Assembly (NCBI RefSeq): GCF_018350175.1
Contig: NC_058368.1
Span: 162,070,001 to 162,134,000 of the forward strand
Length of the DNA stretch: 64,000 bases
Origin: Felis catus
Lineage: Eukaryota
Direction of reading: 5' to 3'
The stretch's first letter is position 1, and each line of letters begins with the position of its first letter. The translations under genes were made by a program, and so were the position numbers. Under the pieces are notes generated by a model. It saw only the letters and a list, made by a program, of their open reading frames with translations. It was not told the DNA's origin and did not search any database. Shown piece by piece: positions 23,975-37,041 of this stretch.

Positions 23975-26214
23975 TTGTAGGGCTGGTTTAATGGTGATGA
24001 ATCCCTTTAGTTTTTATTTGTTTGGGAAAACTTTTATCTCTCCTTCTATTCTGAATGGCAACCTTGCTGAATAAAGGATTTTGAGGTGCATATTTTTTCC
24101 TTTTCATCACATTAAAGATTTCCTGCCATTCCTTCCTGGCCTGCCAAGTTTCAGTGGCGAGGTCTGCTACTACCCTTATGTGTCTACGTTTGTAAGTTAG
24201 AACCTGTTTATCCCTAGCTGTTTTCAGAATTTTCTCTTTATCCTTGTATTTTGTCAGTTTCACTATAATATGTCCTGCAGAAGATTGATTCAAATTATGT
24301 CTGAAGGGAGTTCTCTGTGCAATTTGGATTTCAATGTCTGTTTCCTTCCCCAGATTGAGGAAGTTCTCAGCTATGATTTGTTCAAGTATACCTTCAGCCC
24401 CTTTCTCTCTCTCTTCTTCTTCTTCTGGAATTCCTATGATATGGATATTGTTCAGTTTGATTGTATCACTTAGTTCTCTAATTCTCCTCTCATGATCCTG
24501 GATTTTGTTTTCTCTCTTACTCAGCTTCCTCTTTTTCCATAATTTTATCTTCTAATTAACCTAATCTCCCATCTACCTCTTCTCTCATCTGGTGCTGTGA
24601 CCACCTCCATTTTATTTTGCAGCTCATTTATAGTATTTTTAATTCATCATAACTATTTTTTAGTTCCTTGATCTCTGCAGCAATAGATTCTGTGCTGTCT
24701 TCTGTGCTTTTTTCAAGCACAGCAATTAATTTTATGACTATTATATTCAATTCTTGTTTAGTTATGTTGCTTATATCTCTCTTGACCAATTCTTTAGCTG
24801 TCACTTCTTCCTGGAATTTATTTTGAAGAGGATTCTTTTCTTTCATCATTTTGGTTAATGTTATGTCCCTTATGAGTTTTAAAAGCTTGTTATGTGCTCT
24901 GCACCTGTGAACACTGCTTTATTAAAGGGGGGGTCATACACTGTCCAGGACCTGGCCTTTCAGGAGCTATTTTTTGGAGAGTGTTACTTGCTCTCTGTTG
25001 TTGTGACTTTGGTTATTTTATTTCTCTACTCGTAGTGATGTTTTTGACCCTCCACCGGATGTGCTTTGATTTGTCCTTGAAGTATGGAAAGGAAAACGAA
25101 CAGACAAACAAACGGGAAACAAAAACACACAAACACACAAACAAATAAAACAAAAACAAAAACAAAAACTAAAAACTAAAAACAATCTAAAAGGAAAAAA
25201 AACCATAAACACCAGGTACAAGTAAAGAACAGGTTAGAGGCGGTGCTGATGGAAGAGCACATATAAAGAGAGAAATGACAGGAGCAGGGAAAAATAAAAA
25301 ATAAACATTGACCAGGCAGAGAGACTAAAAGGCTTAATGTAGAGGGAGAGAAAGAAAAATAAGGAAGGGAGGCTGGGAAAGAGAAAGGAAGATAAAGTTA
25401 CCCAGCCAGAGAAACTATATGGCTTGATTATTCCAGAGAGAGAGAAAGGAAAGTAAAGGAGGTGTAGAACATGTATCAAGAGAATGGATTAAATATGTCT
25501 GTTTAACCAAACCAATAACCAAAGTAACCAGTCTAGAGGAGGGAAGAGATAAGAAGGAGAAATAGAAGGGAGAATATATCTAAACAAGAATTGTCCTATA
25601 ATTAATCCAGGCAATGCAGCAGCACTGGTCTGGAGGAGGGGGCTGTCTGGTTTCACAGTGTCTATCCCTCTCCAGTAGATACACAGTTACCTGGAGCAGA
25701 GTGGCATGGTTTGGTGTAGGCGGTCCTGCCTCCACTGTGGGCCCCGCTGACCCATCCCTGTGGCCCCACCTTGGTGGTGGTGGGGAGAAAAATTGCTGCC
25801 CCTCAGTCTCTTCTCATGGCTCAGTGTCCCAAATCACTCCTTTAGCACCATCCTCACTGTGCCTCAGGTGCAGACAAGACAGTCTGGCTCCACCAACTCC
25901 CAAGCCAGACACTTGGCTGGGATTTAAACTCCCAATCTGTGCACCCTGGTACTGGGGAAGTGCTTCTCAATGCCTGCCGATATGTGGTCCTGGCTGGTTT
26001 TGTCCTGTGCTGCAGCATTTGAGGGGTTTTGCAATCACCTACCTATGGCCCATCAGGTTGTCCCGGTTCCTCCTTGTTAGACTCAGTCTCTTTTCCTCCC
26101 AGACTCTTGGGGTTCAAAGTCCTTTTGCTTCAGTTCTTTTTTTGAGAGAGGTGGGATGTATGGATAACCCTACTTCTCTGCCATGTTGCCCTCACTCATG
26201 TTATTAACTGTTTT

Positions 26215-26383
26215 ATGTATTTCAGTCTACCATGTTGGGGACATAAATATTTACAATGTCATCTTCTTGTTGGATTGTCCTCTTTATTAAAATATCATGA
26301 CCTCCTTTGTCCCCTGTTACAGCCTTTGTTTTAATTTTTTTGTTTATTTTTTAATTTAATTTTTTTAATGTTTATTTATTTTT

Positions 26384-26428
<45 letters not shown>

Positions 26429-29143
26429 AGGGAGGGAGGGAGGGACAGGAGACAGAGAGTGAGCAGGGAAGAGGCAAAGAGAGAGGGAGACACAGAATTT
26501 GAACCAGGCTCCATGTTATGAGCTGTCAGCATAGAGCTCAAAGTGGGGCTCAAACCCACGGACCATGAAATCATGACCTGAACCAAAGTTGGGTACTTTG
26601 AGCCACCCAGGCATCCCTGTAGGCTTTGTTTTAAAGTATATTTTGTTCAGTGTAAGTATTGCTACTCCAGCTTTCTTTTGACATCCATTTGCATGATAGA
26701 TATTTCTCTATCCCCAGACTTTCAATCTGTAGGTGTCTTTAGGTCTAAAATGAGTCTCTTGTAGGCAGCATATAGATGGCTTTTTAAAAAATCCATTCTG
26801 ACCCCCTGTGTCTTTTGATTAAAGTGTTGAGTCCAATATATTTACATTCAGAGTAATTATTGATAGATGTATAATTTATTGTCACTTTATTATTTTGTTT
26901 TTTTCTGAATTTTTTGTCTGATCGTTTCTTGTCTTGCTTTCATGTTTTGCTGATTTTATGTAGTAGTATATTTGGATATCTTTGTCTTTATTTTTTGCAT
27001 ATGTATTAGTGGTTTTTATTCTGCATCTAGCAATATGTATTAATTTGATGGACATTTAGGTTTGAACCCATTCTTTACTCCTCTCCTTCCCATGTTTTAG
27101 GTCTATGTTGTTATATTTTATATCCTCTTATTTTGTGAATCCCTTGACTGATTTTTTACACAAATATTCATTTTTACTGCCTTTGTGTTTCCTTTCTTTA
27201 TACTATCACTTTTGGTTTTTCCTTTCTACTCAAAAGTGTTTTGTTTAATATTTCTTGCAGGGCTGGTTTAATGTCATGAGTTCCTTTAGTTTTTGTTTGT
27301 CTGGGATACTCCTTACCTCTCCTTCTATTATAAATGATAGACTTACTGGATAAAATATTCTTGGCTGCAGACTTTTCCCATTCAGTACTTTGAATATATC
27401 ATGTCACTCCCTTTTGGCTTACAGAGTTTCTGCTGTCTTCTTTTGTCTTGCTGCTTTAAAATTTTCTTTCTTTATAACTATATTTTGTCAATGTAATTAC
27501 AGTACATTTTGGTGTGAATCTGCTTTTGTTGATTTTGTTTTGTTTTGCTTTGCTTTTGTTGATTTTGATGGCAGTTCTCTGTACCTTGTAAATCTGGATA
27601 TCTCTTTCCTTCCCCAGATTGGGAAAATTTTCAGCTATTATTTCCTCAAATAAATTTTCTGCCCCCCTTCTCTATTTTCTCCTTCTGGAACTCCTATAAT
27701 ACGCCTCTTATTATGCTTGATAGAGTCATTGATCTCCCTAGGTCTGTTCTTTCCATGACTCTGTCTTTTGGGTCACTAATTCATTCCTCTGCTTCTTCTA
27801 TCCTGCTGTATTTCTCATTTTGTTTACTGAGTCCTTTATCTCTTTATCTCTCTGTTAAGGATCTCACTTGTATCTTCTACTCTTAAGTCCACCCAATATC
27901 ATTATGATCATTGCTTTAAATATTTTATCAGGCATTTAACTTCTATCTGTTTATATCCCTGGCCATGACCTTATCCTATTCTTTCATTTGGGATAAATTT
28001 CTGTCTACTTTGGTCTACACATGGTCTGCCTATCCATGTGTTTTTGTGGGTTAAGAAAGTCATCTATGTCTTCTGCTCTTTAAAATCATGACTTTATGAA
28101 TAAGAGGCCCCAAACTGCAGTGCAGTGTCTCCTGTTCACCAGAACCTGGCATTTCAGAAGAATTTCCTATGTTTGTTGCTTATGCTCTGTTGTTGTGTCT
28201 GATTCATTTTTCCTGAACTGACTCACTACTTATTGTGGGCTGTGCTTGCTTTCTGTGGTGTTAGTGAGACCCAGACATGCCACCTCTGAGGTAGTGTGCC
28301 TGTCGGGGTACTTGGAGCAGGGAAGCAATGTGAGCAAAATTTGCATTGGGCCACTAGTCCTATGCCAGATTCCCTGAAGTCCTTGGCAGCTTGGAGCATG
28401 AAGCTGGGTGTGGCATGACAGATGGGCATGGTGGCTGCAACTCTACACCCAGCTACTGGGCAGGGAACATGTACACCTTTAACAAAATTGGCTTTGAGCC
28501 CAGGGCTCAAGCTATCACACTTGTGGGCAAGTCCTCAGGAGAATTTGTGGGCATGGCAAACTGCTGCTGGTTAGGTAGCAAGTGTCTGTGCAGTGCTACC
28601 TCCTTCAGGTGGCTCTGTGTTTATGCTGGGGGGCAGGTGCCTGCTAGATCCCTCATATTTGGAGTGGTCCCCTATCATTCTCTCAAGTCAGTATGAATAA
28701 ATTTGTCTCCCATTTGTCTCCTCTGTTGTTGTGTAAACTCCCATTTTTATGTTGTCTCTGCACCGACTGCTGTCTCTTTAAGGGCAGTGACCCAGCTATC
28801 ACTCACCTACCTGGCTCACCCAGTCCTGAGTCAGCTGACTTTTAAAGCTTTAGTCTCTAATTCTGGACTTATGGACATGTGTGAATGCCTTGGTGTGAGA
28901 CAGTGTTTTTCTGCCCTCTCTGCATGTACAGTGCCCTCCTTCCTGATGGCAGCTCCCTCTGCCCTTCTGGCCTTCCTAAACTTTCAGATGCAGATTCTTC
29001 TCTATATATGTAGAGTTTGTTCTACAAATCTTCATATTGTAGATTTACTCTTCAGTTTATTTACTTAAATGTAGATGATATCTAGTTGCAAACATGGGTC
29101 AGTGAGAGCTCATGGTCTTCCTACTTGCTCTCTTTCCAAGCTC
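26215..29143 (-). mobile_element. Outer L1, 5' portion (ORF2 start, decayed ORF1, 5'UTR)
   Basis: Resumes the endonuclease sequence right after the inner L1 TSD; parallels the inner L1 (ctccagctttcttttgac, ggtctaaaatgagtctcttgtag, tttccttccccagattg); degenerate TSD ctgccttctttt (14721-14732) / ctgcttttattt (29144-29155). Confidence 0.88.
26335..26617 (-). mobile_element. Can-SINE with expanded (GA)n(GGGA)n tract
   Basis: TSD tacagcctttgttttaa / tgtaggctttgttttaa. Confidence 0.94.
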
Positions 29144-29159
29144 CTGCTTTTATTTATTT

Positions 29160-29344
29160 ATTTTTTTGTAAAGGATCAGAGAGTAAGTATTTTAAACATT
29201 TTAGGCTATGTAGTTCAAATATACATGGTAGCATTGAAATAGTCATGGGTAATACATTAATGAATGAGTGACTGTTCTTCATACTATTTACAAAATCACA
29301 TACATAGCTGAACTTGGCCTGTGGGTTATGCTTTGCCAACCCTA
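29160..29344 (+). mobile_element. MER58A-like hAT-Charlie element, main body
   Basis: tgtaaaggatcagagagtaagtatttt...tatttacaaaa...ttggcctgtgggttatgctttgccaaccct matches the recalled MER58A consensus. Confidence 0.78.
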
Positions 29345-29871
29345 CATCTAAGGAAATGATTTAATGTTTCTTTAAATTTATGCTTCTCTAAGTTGACTGC
29401 CTAAATCTTAAAGTTGATGTAATTTAGGGTGTCTAGGAAATTTGCATGAAAATTTGAGTTTTTTGTAACTCTTATTCTTATAGATTCACACTCTCATTTA
29501 TTATAGCAAGAGCTATAAAGAACACTCAGAAATAAGAATGAATATTCTTTGAAATTAAGACCTTTTAATATTCCTTAGTATGTGATCAATTTATTCTCTC
29601 TTAAAAATGAACTACTGAAGACAAATGAGAAAACAAAAAAAAATAGTGTAAGTGTATGAGTATATGAGAAAGCAAGTGATAAATGGCCTATGATCACTTT
29701 TATTTTTTTTACATATATCAGGGATTTGAGTAACTTTTGACCAAAAAGGAAATATCACACATTCCATAGGATCTAAGAGACATCTTTGTGTTTCTTAGCC
29801 ATGAAGACAGGTTAATAGCCTTGTTAAAGGTAGAAAAAAAAATCCATGGAAGAGCATTGGGCTGATAAAAA

Positions 29872-30050
29872 CTAGCTCAAACTTGGCTCTATTGACATTA
29901 GGGGTCAGGTAATTCATTATTAAGGATATTTACCTTAGCATCATAGAATATTTAGCAGCATCCCTGGTCCTTTACCCACTAGATGCCAGTAGCACCCTCC
30001 ACTTATGACAACCAAATAATTTGCATACATTGGCAACTGTTCCCTGGACA
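29872..30050 (-). mobile_element. MER20 hAT-Charlie element
   Basis: tttagcagcatccctggtcctttacccactagatgccagtagcaccc...tgacaacca is the reverse complement of the MER20 core. Confidence 0.85.
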
Positions 30051-30734
30051 ATGAAGCTGACTTAAGGCTTCACTTAAATAAATAAACAAATATTTTAAAA
30101 AATATTTTAGACCTAAGGACATACGGGTGAATAAGAAATAAAGATTGATACCTAAATATCTTACTAATGTATGTATTGGCCCAAAGCTCAGTTAAGATGT
30201 TTTGAATTCAATAGAGAATCAGGCTTGCTGGGAAATGTTATTAGTTAGCTCTCTGATATAGAGTTGCACAGAACCCTCAAATGTGCCAGAAAGACTTAAT
30301 AATCCCACTTTAATCTTCACTATCGAAACTCATGTTATTCTTTAGAAATGTAAAAACTCTTGGTGATATGATATTTAGCATATATCATAAACACCTAAAC
30401 CATATTCAATAAGGTGGAAGCTATACTTATCATATGAGATATTAAATATAATACAAATCATAAGATAAATATTGCTTTTTTGACCAAGGCATTTGGTACA
30501 TGCAAACATGACTGAAACAAATTCTGCTGTTGGCCACTTAGTAGGCATAATGCCAAGAATGAAGACACAGTCTCAAACACTTTTATTACATGGAGGTTCA
30601 TCTGAAGTGTGTATTAGAGACTTGAAATACCACAGAAATTCAAAGAGGGGAGAAAAAGTGCCATCCAAGAAAACAGAGACCTGGGTAGTTTTCACAGAAG
30701 TATCTTTCAATGGCATCAGAACCACTGACATGTT

Positions 30735-30948
30735 GGGGCACCTGGGTGTCTCGGTTAAGCGACCAAGTCTTGGTTTTGGCTCAGGTCATGATCTCATGGT
30801 TCATGAGTTCAAATCCATGTCCGGCTCTACACTGCCAACACAGAACCTTCTTGGGATTCTCTCTCTCTTCCTCTCTCTCTGCCCCTTCCCCCCTCTCTCC
30901 CTCTGTCTCTCAAAATAAATAAATGAGCTTAAAAAAAACAACAACAAC
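30735..30948 (+). mobile_element. Can-SINE
   Basis: TSD agaaccactgacatgtt / agaaaccctgacatgtt. Confidence 0.95.
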
Positions 30949-31789
30949 AGAAACCCTGACATGTTTTAAACAAGAGGCAGAAATATGCAGTTGAATCAAA
31001 AGAACCAAATGGGTTTATTATAACTGAATTGTAGTTGTGTGAATAAATACAGTTCCAGTGGGCCACAGATCGGTTGAAACCAAGTGGTTAAAAGCCTCAA
31101 ATATCCTGCTAAAAAACATATAATCTCTCTGCAGGAGATGGAAAGCAAAGCAGTCTCTTCACAGTGTATTTCAAATGCCACAAAAATGTTTAGCCCTAGC
31201 AAGTCCATTTTTTAGGAAATCCTAGTGGAAAGATTTAGCTAAAATGGTGATCTTAGACATACTATTTGTATAAATAAAAACCATAATAATTTACAAGCTT
31301 ACCAGTAGGGATGGATTCAGGAAATTGCAATCCATTTACTTAATGGAAATATTACATTGCTAGTACAAAGACAAATTTTAAGGTAATGCTATTTAAAAAG
31401 AAATTGTAGCTCCTCTTAACTAAACAAAAAGAGGAGACTGCCTTGGAAGAGTAAAGAATACAATGGAAAATGTTTTCAAACATTGAAAGCCAGGTTAAAA
31501 CAATATAAAAATGATTCTGATTTTGTAGATTGTATACATTAATATGAATATTAAATATTGTACTGATAAACAACATAATGGGTAATTCTGGTTTGTGGAT
31601 TATGAGTAAGCATTAATTTAATCTCTTTGGCTGCATTTTCTAAAATCTCTACAATAAACATAGTACTTTTATAATAAGATAAAAAGCTATTTAAATTATT
31701 TAATTTTTACTAGAAAAAAAGTTTCTAATAAACTGACTAAAATAACTGATGCAAAATCTTTTGCAAGATATCTAGGGTACCAATAGGAA

Positions 31790-31995
31790 ATGGAAGAATC
31801 AAAGATAATACTGAAATTTTAAGCCTAATACCCAGAGATGCTGGTGATTTTCTTATGTGAGGCAGTGATCAAAAAAGAGAGTATTTGGAAAGGAGGAAAA
31901 TAATTAATTTGGGTTTTTGTGTTGGGTTCAAGGTGGAAATTTTATTTGGAAATGTCAGTAAGAAACTGGAGATACTTCTTCAGAGCTCAGTTCAG
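31790..31995 (-). mobile_element. L2 fragment
   Basis: gaatcaaagataatact..ggaaatgtcagtaagaaactggagatac..agagctcag is typical antisense L2. Confidence 0.55.
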
Positions 31996-33179
31996 GACAA
32001 AACTTACTGGAAAGTGCTTGAGTATAACCACCTTGCAGACAAATGAGTGCACAGAGTTTGCCCAAGCTTGGAGTCAATAAACCCCACCTGCTATTCTCAT
32101 TCAGAATCCTTATTCCTTTGTGAACAACATTGATCTTTGATCATCCTAAATGAAATTCTTGGAAACTCGATAAATCCTGAGGACTATTTAAATTTACAAA
32201 ATAATATTTGAAAATCCTTCCCACTGTAAGCAATATAATCAATAAACTCAGGGATGGGAGTGATGCTTTCCAATTTTAGTGATTTTAAAACCCAAATGTA
32301 CTGCCCCTATAGTATATAAGTGAATCAATTCACTATACTTATAGAACACTAAAAGCTAATATGGCTTTGTTAGCTTATAGCTATTTATTAATCAAAACCC
32401 ACAACATGTGTTACTAACACTTTGGAATCAAATATCATTAAAATTTCAGGAACTACCTTTTAAAATAAATTAATTGCTGTATATTCTCAAAAGCTTTCAT
32501 TTTAAAACACCAATATGTATTTCCTTACTGCTGTTTCATATCTCAACTACTACCAAAGGCATTCTAATTCAAATAATCATAAATAACCCTATCAATCTTT
32601 GTGTAATAGATCAATAAAAGAGAAGATAAAATGAGAACCAAGGATACTAGTGTGCAAAAATGCAACTTTACATATTAACAAAGACACTACTGTCCATTTT
32701 CTAGTTACATAAATTGTGACTTAAAGTTATCAAAAGAATTCTCTTAATACTTCTTAACCAACAGTTTTTATTAATAACAGCTATCTATACTAGTTGTATT
32801 GGTGTAGCAAACGAAATAGGTTATGAGCGTTTAAGGAAGAGATATATTGTCTTTGGTTTTGTCCTTCACGGATATTTTACATATCCTCCTCTCCTTTGTC
32901 CAGTGTCCTAATGTCATCCACAGTATTCTAGTTAGAGAATCCTCAACATCACTTTGGACTGTTTCTTCATCATCTTTGTTTTTGACTGCTAAGAAAAGTC
33001 GCTCTTTTTTCTCTTCAACTTAGTATTTATTTCTTATCTGCTTCCTATGGGGTTTATTCTCATCTTGTAAAATTTCGGAACAACAGATTGTTTCAGTATC
33101 AATTCTTGAATATCTTGTCTTCATTAACTTGTTGGATGGTCACCCATCCAATCTCACCCCTAGTCTTTTGTTTTTAAAT

Positions 33180-34192
33180 GTAATTTGTTTGATGGTGATC
33201 ATAAAGTTATATTTCCATCTCAGTCTTTCTTCTGAAAAATTATTCATGTAACCACTTATGTGTTGAATAGACCTCATAGGTAACATGTCTGTGTTTTGTA
33301 CCATGGCCACCCATCCCCCAAAATTCTATTGTGCTGCATTTCTCATCTCAATAATTGTCAATTCCTTTCCTTGAAATGCACAGAAAAAAATTGTGAAAGA
33401 CATATTTTTCCTCTCTCCAATTGCACATCTAATTCAACAGCAATTTTTCAAAATAGTATTGTAGAAATTATCTAAAATCCAACCATTTCTCACCATCTCC
33501 ACTGTAACTACTCTCATCTAAGCCATCATTATCTTTAGTTTGGATTCTTTCAGTACTCTGATAACTGGCCTGTCTGCTTCCATCATTGCAATTCTCCAGG
33601 CTATTCCCTCAGTTACCACAGAAATCTTTAATAAAAGAATATACCCAGTTTAAAATATTAACACTTTGCTCTAAATTTTCTAATGGCTTCTTATTTTTTT
33701 TCCATAAAAATCAGTATTCGTATGTTGGACTCTCAGCTGCTACATGACCTGGTTTCCTACACTTCCCTAACTTCGTTCATCTTCTCCACCTTCTTACTCA
33801 TCCTGCTCTAACCACACTGGCCTTCCTACTGTTCCTCAGTTATGCCACAAAAGTCTCATCTCACAGGCTTTGCCCTTGCTGTGCCCAGAATTGTGCTTTC
33901 TCCTGTAGCCACATGATTCCTTCCCTCACTTCTTTCTGGTCTCTAGTCAAAGTATACTCAGTATGGAGTAGCCTACCCGCTATAGAGTAGGCTTGTGCTG
34001 TTTTCCTCTTCCTAACACGTATCATGCCCTGATAGATATTCAATTGTTTGTTTAGGGCCTGTATTGTCCTAATCAGAATTTAAGCTCTATGTGTATAGAG
34101 TCTTTTTTCTGGTTTGTTACTACAGTATATATAACTTCTAAAACTAAGATACCTGTTTAATAAATGTTCATTCAGTGGACAAATAACTGAAT
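33180..34192 (+). mobile_element. L2 3' fragment
   Basis: ccatttctcaccatctccactg..aagccatcattatct..ccacactggccttcct..taagctctatg..aataaatgtt. Confidence 0.75.
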
Positions 34193-34680
34193 ATTCTCAG
34201 TATTAAATATACACGTGACATCCCCACTTTCTTACATAATATATTTGTGAAGAAAAAGGCATATGGAATAAAATGTAAAATAGCCAAAAGTCAAAAAAAA
34301 TGAACAGTTTTCAATACCAAGAACCAATGCTTTATGAAATCACCAAATGTATCTGCCTGTTAGACATAGACATGAAAGATATATTTCTAGCATGCATTTC
34401 ATCACTGATTTTATTTTTCAACATAACGTAACCTTCAAAGTGATGTTAAAGTGTTACTTTCTTGAATGCATAGTGTTCTTTATCTTTTTTCAAATACAGT
34501 ATTTTCACTCAAGTAATTTTTGTTTCTGTATTCTGTCTTAGTAAATAAGGGAGAAATACAAAAAAAATATTCAAATACGTATTGAATATATCTTAATACA
34601 GTAAAAGACAAAGATGTTGATAGCGCTGGAGCAGAATTCTTTCTTGGCTAATAGGCAGCATCATGATGTAATATCGTTTT

Positions 34681-34867
34681 ATAAAGTTTATTTATTTTGA
34701 GAGAGAGAGAGAGAGAGGGAGAGAGATTGGGCTAGCATGAGCAGGGGAGGTATATAGAGAGAAGGAGCACATATTTCAGCACAGAGCCCCACATGGGGCT
34801 CATTCCCGCGAACCATGAGCCAAATTCAAGAGTTAGATGCTTAACCCACTGAAATACCCAGGCGCCC
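34681..34867 (-). mobile_element. Can-SINE
   Basis: TSD tcatgatgtaat / tcatgatataat. Confidence 0.9.
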
Positions 34868-36299
34868 TTCATGATATAATTACTTTTAACTTGCATCAAT
34901 TGATGTACAAACCAAATATGGTTTCTAAAAGGCAGATCATGAGGATCAGGTTTGAAAGTATGGGCTGCCTAGAAGTTAAATGTGAAGTTGGTACAAAATT
35001 GTGGAAATACAGCTGACTCAGTCACCTCTAAACTCTGAATCAATGGACTAAGAATTTCCTTGGGGTGTGTAACAAAAATTCACATTCCTCCACCCCCAGA
35101 TATACTGAGTTCCTTGATCCATAGTACACCACAAATCCAGGTTTTTAACAAGGGACTGGGATGTTTCTGGTATAAGGTACCTGAGACTAAGAAACACATA
35201 ATATGTGAAGAAAGCATATTATGGTAATGCATACATTTTTGGTTTCTGGTTGTGTTAATACTTTACTTACATTCCATTTTTCTTGGTATTTCAAGCTTAT
35301 CGACATGATTCAAAGACTTTTTGAAACTGCATCAAGGACCTCTACTTCCTCAGCTTTGCCTCCTTAATCTCCTTGAAATGAAGAGCATGAATAGTCTTTT
35401 GCCTTCATACTTATTTTTGGAGAGTGCAGATAATAGGAATTTGTCTAGCACTGGCTTTTTTAGCCTCAGGCTACTTGGTAACGACTTATAACTATTCCTT
35501 CCATTAGTGTGTCGGTTTCTCTCTATCCCAAGGAGGAGACCATTATGGGGGCTGCAGAGGATGTGTTTTCTTTGAAGCTGAAAAAGCTATAACAGTTAAA
35601 ATATGGGTAAAATCCTGTCTTGGCAGGATTCAGATACTATTTCAGGTTCAATGTTAAATAAAGGTTTTCTATAGCTGGAAGTTTTTATATAATTAGCTGT
35701 AGCCCAGCTTATGCTACATTATAATAAAAGTGTTATTTTGCAAGGCAGGAAAAATCAGTTGGAGTTTTTTCTCCGGCGACCGTGTACTTACATTAATACT
35801 TCACCAGATAGATTATATGCATTGTTTTCCCTGTAGTATTCTTCCACTTAAGAGTGAAATCTTACTAAACAAGTTCATAAGTTTCAGAAGTGAATAATTG
35901 AATTCAGAATACTTCTTCAAATAGAATGTTAAATTTTGAATTAGATTAAATACAATAAAATAAATCCACAGGCAAACTAATTTATTTGCTGGCCATTAAT
36001 AATATTTATGAATCTTTCTTAAAATTATGTAAGTTAATAAATGTTTTATATTATTTTCTAGGCCAAATGAGTTTAAAAATATTTGAAAACCTCAGTGACC
36101 AGATGCTATGTACTTGTGGATGTTTTTTTTTTTTTTTTTGTATTCCTCAGTAACAGTATGTCATAAAGCACCCTTGGAAATTTTTATCATTTAACCATAA
36201 TTAACAAAATCAAAGCAAAAGCAGTTAGATGAAGACAACATACTCTAAGGACAGAAACATGAAGTTATAAATATGAGTCATCGGAAGCATGCTAGTGAG

Positions 36300-36760
36300 G
36301 AAATTTTATTTGTAAAGTGATAGAACCACTTTACTTGAAGTGACTTAAACACAAGGACATTTATCTTCTTTTGTTAATTCAGAAATTCAAGTGTAGCTGG
36401 GCTATTTTCCTGTGTCTTTGCTTCACTCATAGGCACGTGATTACCACTTCCTGAAGGGATGTTGGCTGCGACAGCTCCAACCTACCTTTTATTTTTCCAG
36501 CAAAATCTGCAGAAAAGAGATTTTGCTTTACCAAAAGTTTCGGTGAAATGGTGAGCCTGACAGTGGGTGTTCCAAACTGGGTCATGAACCCATCTATGAT
36601 TAGGGCAATAAGAATGTGCCATTTAGTTAAGACTGACTCATGGCCCCACGCTTGGAGCTGAAGTTAGAATCAGTGTCAGTTCTGCAAGGAACACTACACT
36701 TAGTTTGGGGACGATGGCTCCCCCACAACGTGATACATTTTTATCAGTGGTAAAATGGAA
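36300..36760 (-). mobile_element. Old MaLR LTR (MLT1J/K/L-like)
   Basis: ttgtaaagtgatagaaccact..gacttaaacacaagga..ctgggtcatgaacccatc..ggccccacgcttggagctg. Confidence 0.55.
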
Positions 36761-37001
36761 ACTCGGTACGCAGGAAGCACAAACACTCATCAGAATGAAA
36801 ATTGCTCCATATTTGATTTAAGATTAGAGGCAACAGGATTAATATACTGCTTGTTTTTGATCAGTTTATAAAGTCCATGACTGCATATTTCCCCTGCATT
36901 CTTTTGCTGGATGTTTGGAACAGGCAGTCAAGGGCATCTGTTTTTTTTTTTTTTTTAATTGTAATGTAAGCTGTGTTGTGATGAACAAGTGGGGAAAGAG
37001 T

Positions 37002-37041
37002 GAGAGAGAGACAGAGAGACAGAGAGATAGAGAGAGAGAGA
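37002..37041. repeat. Imperfect (GA)n tract
   Basis: Direct read. Confidence 0.85.

Larger units (their letters stand above)
19111..26198 (-). mobile_element. Full-length younger (felid-type) L1, inactivated; ORF1 ~24849-23700, ORF2 ~23650-19340, 5'UTR 24850-26198
   Basis: Perfect 16-bp TSD tgttattaactgtttt (19095-19110 and 26199-26214); ORF1 start MMKEKNPLQNKFQEEV; ORF2 start [56 protein letters not shown]-terminal [10 protein letters not shown]; 5' end GGCAACATGGCAG; multiple frameshifts and 3 SINE insertions. Confidence 0.97.

Noticed and set aside
25090..25600. Long purine-rich low-complexity tract
   Set aside because: Falls within the TSD-bounded inner L1 5'UTR and is part of that element.
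30493..30918. 141-aa ORF
   Set aside because: Non-ATG start; the second half is a SINE translation; no recognisable protein or exon structure.
32307..32376. Two adjacent imperfect palindromes
   Set aside because: AT-rich with bulges; compatible with chance.
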